The notes under the pieces were generated by a model, which saw only the letters and a list, made by a program, of their open reading frames with translations, searched no databases and was not told where the DNA came from. DNA of 64,000 bases from Thermodesulfobacteriota bacterium (GTDB lineage: Bacteria > Desulfobacterota > Desulfarculia > JACQYL01): positions 288,001-352,000 of the forward strand of contig CAXXLZ010000002.1 in assembly GCA_963675595.2 (NCBI GenBank), given 5' to 3'. The translations under genes were made by a program, and so were the position numbers. This document shows positions 60,739 to 64,000 of this stretch, piece after piece; within the stretch, counting starts at the first letter, position 1; each line of letters begins with the position of its first letter.

Positions 60739-61563
60739 ATGTGGGAGAAAGTCGAGGGCCCCTCCGGCTCCAATGACACCGTATACCATTTGTATAGAGG
60801 AGGTCGGGGGAATCTGATCTCGATCAAGGACTTCCGCCTCTGGTATAGCCCGCAGGCTCAAGCCTTGTTCGACATCAACATGAAAATTGAAGCCGGTTTG
60901 GTCACCGCACTTATCGGGCCTTCGGGATGCGGCAAGTCCACCCTGCTCCGTTCTCTCAATCGAATGAACGACCTGATCGAGGGTCTTCGCGTCACCGGTG
61001 AAATCATTTTCGACGGAGTGAACATCTACAATCCGAACGTCGACGTCATCGGACTCAGAAAACGCATGGGCATGGTCTTTCAGAAGCCCAACCCCTTTCC
61101 CATGTCCATTACGGAAAACGTGACCTACCCCCTGAAAGTGGACGGGATTCGCGATCGGCGTATTCTGGAGGAAACCACGGAGCGAGCTTTACGGGGCGCG
61201 GCCCTATGGGGGGAGGTGAAAGACAGGCTGAAACGGAGCGCCCTGGGACTTTCAGGTGGACAGCAGCAAAGACTCTGCATCGCCCGCGCCATTGCCGCGG
61301 ACCCCGACGTACTCCTCATGGATGAACCGTGTTCGGCTTTGGATCCCCTGGCCACTTCGAAAATCGAGGACTTGATCGACGCCCTCCGGGGGCGATACAC
61401 CATTATTATCGTGACTCACAACATGCAACAAGCCGCCCGCGTCTCACAGAACACCGCATTGATGTATTTGGGCAAGCTGATCGAGTACGGGGAAACGGGC
61501 ACCATATTCTCGAATCCCAAAGTCCAAAAGACTCAGGATTACATTACCGGACGATTTGGTTGA
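60739..61563 (+). CDS. pstB: Phosphate ABC transporter ATP-binding protein
   Basis: [46 protein letters not shown]. Confidence 0.95.
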   Translation: MWEKVEGPSGSNDTVYHLYRGGRGNLISIKDFRLWYSPQAQALFDINMKIEAGLVTALIGPSGCGKSTLLRSLNRMNDLIEGLRVTGEIIFDGVNIYNPNVDVIGLRKRMGMVFQKPNPFPMSITENVTYPLKVDGIRDRRILEETTERALRGAALWGEVKDRLKRSALGLSGGQQQRLCIARAIAADPDVLLMDEPCSALDPLATSKIEDLIDALRGRYTIIIVTHNMQQAARVSQNTALMYLGKLIEYGETGTIFSNPKVQKTQDYITGRFG

Positions 61564-61646
61564 TACTTTTCACCCCGTTGAAAAACGCGATGCAATCATC
61601 CGATTTTTTCAGCGGTCCGTTATACCGTTCATGAGAGGGCCTTTGA

Positions 61647-62348
61647 ATGCTAGGAGAACATACCGTAAGATCCTATGATGAGGAGTTGAGGCGACTGAAG
61701 CGCAAAGTCATCGAAATGGGGGAGGCCGGCAAAAGGCAGCTGAAGGACGCGGCGAAAGCCTTATTGGAACGCAACACACGTCTGGCGGAAGAGATTATCC
61801 GGCGAGACTCGGAAGTGGATACGCAGGAAGAGGAAATCCAGGCGCTGGTCGTCCGCCTGCTCGCGCTTCGGCAACCCATGGCCATTGACTTGCGGAGCAT
61901 CATCGCGGCGCTCAAAATCTCCACGGACCTGGAACGAGTCGCGGATTATTCGGCCAATGTCTCCAGGCACGTGGCCGCCGTCAACTCCGTGCCCATGGAG
62001 CCGACCATGGAAGCCGCCGCGGAAATGGCCCGCATCGCTCTGGGAATGCTGAAAGAAGCCATGGACGCGTTCCAGAACTCGGACTCCGCTCTTGCGAGCC
62101 GGGTCTGGCGCATGGACGACGGCATCGACGAAATTTACGCACGTCAGCTGCTTCAGGTGGCTGAGGAAATGCGGCGGAACCCTCAACACCTCTCCGCCTA
62201 CACCGCCATGCTCTTCGTTTTCCGATGCCTGGAACGAATCGGTGACCACATCACCAACGTGGCGGAACACATCTATTTTCTCGTTCGCGGCGAGTCTTTT
62301 CCCAAGAAAGAAGTGCTCGCGGGTGGAGGAGGCGATCAGTTCCGATAG
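61647..62348 (+). CDS. phoU: Phosphate signalling protein PhoU
   Basis: ALRQPMAIDLR, DLERVADY, LERIGDHITNVAE. Confidence 0.95.
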   Translation: MLGEHTVRSYDEELRRLKRKVIEMGEAGKRQLKDAAKALLERNTRLAEEIIRRDSEVDTQEEEIQALVVRLLALRQPMAIDLRSIIAALKISTDLERVADYSANVSRHVAAVNSVPMEPTMEAAAEMARIALGMLKEAMDAFQNSDSALASRVWRMDDGIDEIYARQLLQVAEEMRRNPQHLSAYTAMLFVFRCLERIGDHITNVAEHIYFLVRGESFPKKEVLAGGGGDQFR

Positions 62349-62378
62349 CCGCCGTCGGCTTCCGACCCATTGGAACTT

Positions 62379-63002
62379 CTAGAACAAAGTATAAAGGAAC
62401 GGGGCCAGGCTGGAAGTCTGCGCAAAGAACATCACCAGCCCAAGGACCAACAGCAGCAGAAGAACGGGCACGTAGAGGGTCCGTCCTCGCCTTATGAAGA
62501 ACAACAGGACAAGCAGGGGCTGAATCACGAAAGGGAGACCGGCGGCTTTCGGTACCGACCAATCCCTTTCGGGTTCCTCCCCTCCCTCGTAGGCGCACCA
62601 GGCCGACTTCAGATCCGGCGCATGGTCGTCCCATTCACAAAAGCCCTGCTCTCTTTTTCTTCCCTTAGTCCATAAGCCCATGGGCCAAAGCAGGAGTAGG
62701 TACACGACCGTCAACACGACGGCAAACAGCGTCTTGCCCAATGCCCCCGCCAAACGAAAAAAGGTCCTCTCCAAAGGGCTCAGAAGCATGGGGGCAATCA
62801 CGGCGGCCGAAAGCAGCACCAGTCCGCACCCCATGACCGCCTGCCAGGCGGCAACCACCGGGGCGGGAGTAAAGAACGCCTTCAGGCCTCCCAGAATCAG
62901 GCCGCCCCATCCAAGCACCAAGCCGAAGGCGATACAACGCTTCAGTGCCTCGTCTTGGGTCCTTTCGCGCAGTCCGGCTAAATAAGAGTGCTGCATACTC
63001 AT
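62379..63002 (-). CDS. SxtJ-family membrane protein fused to DUF5989 (SxtK-like) peptide
   Basis: FGLVLG...P..L.PL...VYLLLLWPMG (SxtJ) and C-terminal SSLAPFLYTLF. Confidence 0.7.
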   Translation of the reverse strand: MSMQHSYLAGLRERTQDEALKRCIAFGLVLGWGGLILGGLKAFFTPAPVVAAWQAVMGCGLVLLSAAVIAPMLLSPLERTFFRLAGALGKTLFAVVLTVVYLLLLWPMGLWTKGRKREQGFCEWDDHAPDLKSAWCAYEGGEEPERDWSVPKAAGLPFVIQPLLVLLFFIRRGRTLYVPVLLLLLVLGLVMFFAQTSSLAPFLYTLF

Positions 63003-63197
63003 CGACCTATTTCGGATCAATCCCGGCTTCCCGAGGGTTCGTTTACCCGGAAGCGTGTTTTAGGGGCGAAGGCGGCTCGGGTCGGCCGGTCCGCGCCTCA
63101 GATGATCCTTTGGAACGTCCCGGTCGTTCGCAAAGGGGAGGTCCTCACCAACATCGCACCGTTTCATGGAGGCAATGAACGCACGGCCTATGAATCG

Positions 63198-64000
63198 TCA
63201 GTCCGGGTCAAACCTCTTCAACCACCGGGCCCGCTCCTTGTCGTTCAGGGGACGGGACGGTTGCCGGTCCTTGCGAAGGAAGCGATTGCCCAACACCAGG
63301 CAGTCGATGTCCGTGGCCATAAAGCACCGGTAGGCATCTTCCACCGAATTGACGATGGGCTCACCCCGCACATTGAACGACGTATTGACCACAACGGCGC
63401 AACCCGTTCTCTCTTTGAACCTGGTAAGGACCCGATGCATAAAGGCATTGCGTTGCGAGTCCACGGTCTGGACCCGGGCCGAGTAATCCACATGGGTTAC
63501 CGCGGGAATCTCCGAACGCACCTGATGAAGAAGCTCAAGCCCTTGGAGTCCCGGCGAGTCCTCCAACGGCTTCCTCCGGTCCATTGAAACGGGAAATACC
63601 AGCAGCATGTAGGGACTCTCACGGCAGCCCTCGAAATATTCGGAAGCTTCCTCCACGCGAACCATGGGCGCGAAGGGGCGAAAACTCTCACGAAATTTGA
63701 TCTTCAGATTCATGTGTCGCTGCATGTGCGGAAGCCGGGCGTCTCCCAAAATGGAACGAGCCCCCAGGGCTCTGGGTCCGAACTCCATCTTGCCCCGAGC
63801 CACGGCCACCACGTCCCCAGCTTCGATGCGGTCCACCATGCACGCAGCCAGCTCATCGTCGTCCATCGTCTCCCAGGAGGCTCCCAATCGTCGAAGAACC
63901 GCGTCATCTTCGCTGGAATGCGGAGGTATGTCCGTTCCCAACAAAGCCCCGTTCATACCATCGGGCCGCCCCGGCGTCCGCTGATTCCCCAAGCCCTGAT
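63198..64000 (-). CDS. Carbamoyltransferase (NodU/CmcH/SxtI family), C-terminal part; continues past window edge
   Basis: EFGPRALGARSIL, KIKFRESFRPFAP, THVDYSARVQTV, NTSFNVRGEPIV. Confidence 0.92.
   Translation of the reverse strand, partial: QGLGNQRTPGRPDGMNGALLGTDIPPHSSEDDAVLRRLGASWETMDDDELAACMVDRIEAGDVVAVARGKMEFGPRALGARSILGDARLPHMQRHMNLKIKFRESFRPFAPMVRVEEASEYFEGCRESPYMLLVFPVSMDRRKPLEDSPGLQGLELLHQVRSEIPAVTHVDYSARVQTVDSQRNAFMHRVLTRFKERTGCAVVVNTSFNVRGEPIVNSVEDAYRCFMATDIDCLVLGNRFLRKDRQPSRPLNDKERARWLKRFDPD

Noticed and set aside
62379-64000. Saxitoxin biosynthesis
   Set aside because: sxtIJK-like genes are widespread; no sxtA/G or other pathway genes visible

Overview
64-kb, GC-rich window whose gene content suggests an anaerobic Desulfobacterota (deltaproteobacterial) genome; the taxonomy is inferred, not measured. 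(1) 1-17850: one co-directional operon. It has a TRAP transporter, LutC/LutB-type L-lactate dehydrogenase, a USP, a decaheme cytochrome c fused to a NarI/HdrE-like cytochrome b, a GlcD-type 2-hydroxyacid dehydrogenase, two HdrD/GlcF-like CCG proteins flanking an orphan LbpA/GcvH-like lipoyl carrier, a full ligase-GGR(LipT-like)-LipS1-LipS2 lipoylation cassette and an OFA-type MFS. This is a candidate lipoate-based dithiol/disulfide electron relay. (2) 21230-38258: a sigma54 two-component locus with a Lon protease carrying an inserted receiver domain, small AxFAEA-motif proteins and several sulfur-oxyanion transporter families. (3) 30636-32187: an IS110/IS1111-type element inserted into the terminus of a MITE-like repeat. 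Its 3' non-coding end folds into a bridge/seek-type RNA whose loops match the reconstructed target and the circle junction. (4) 41300-51300: an accessory region with a putative defence NDT-wHTH protein ending in an SSB-like DDGIPF tail, a duplicated ~450-bp non-coding element and an RT-deleted mini group II intron whose EBS1 matches its insertion site. (5) 51403-58490: a ferrosome(fez)-like HMA2/P-type ATPase cluster. (6) 58743-62348: a decaying pst operon with intact pstB and phoU, followed by the end of an SxtI/J/K-like carbamoyltransferase locus. More than 20 dispersed MITE/REP-like repeats occupy the intergenic space. No rRNA, tRNA or CRISPR array was seen. All calls are by eye; no database search was run.
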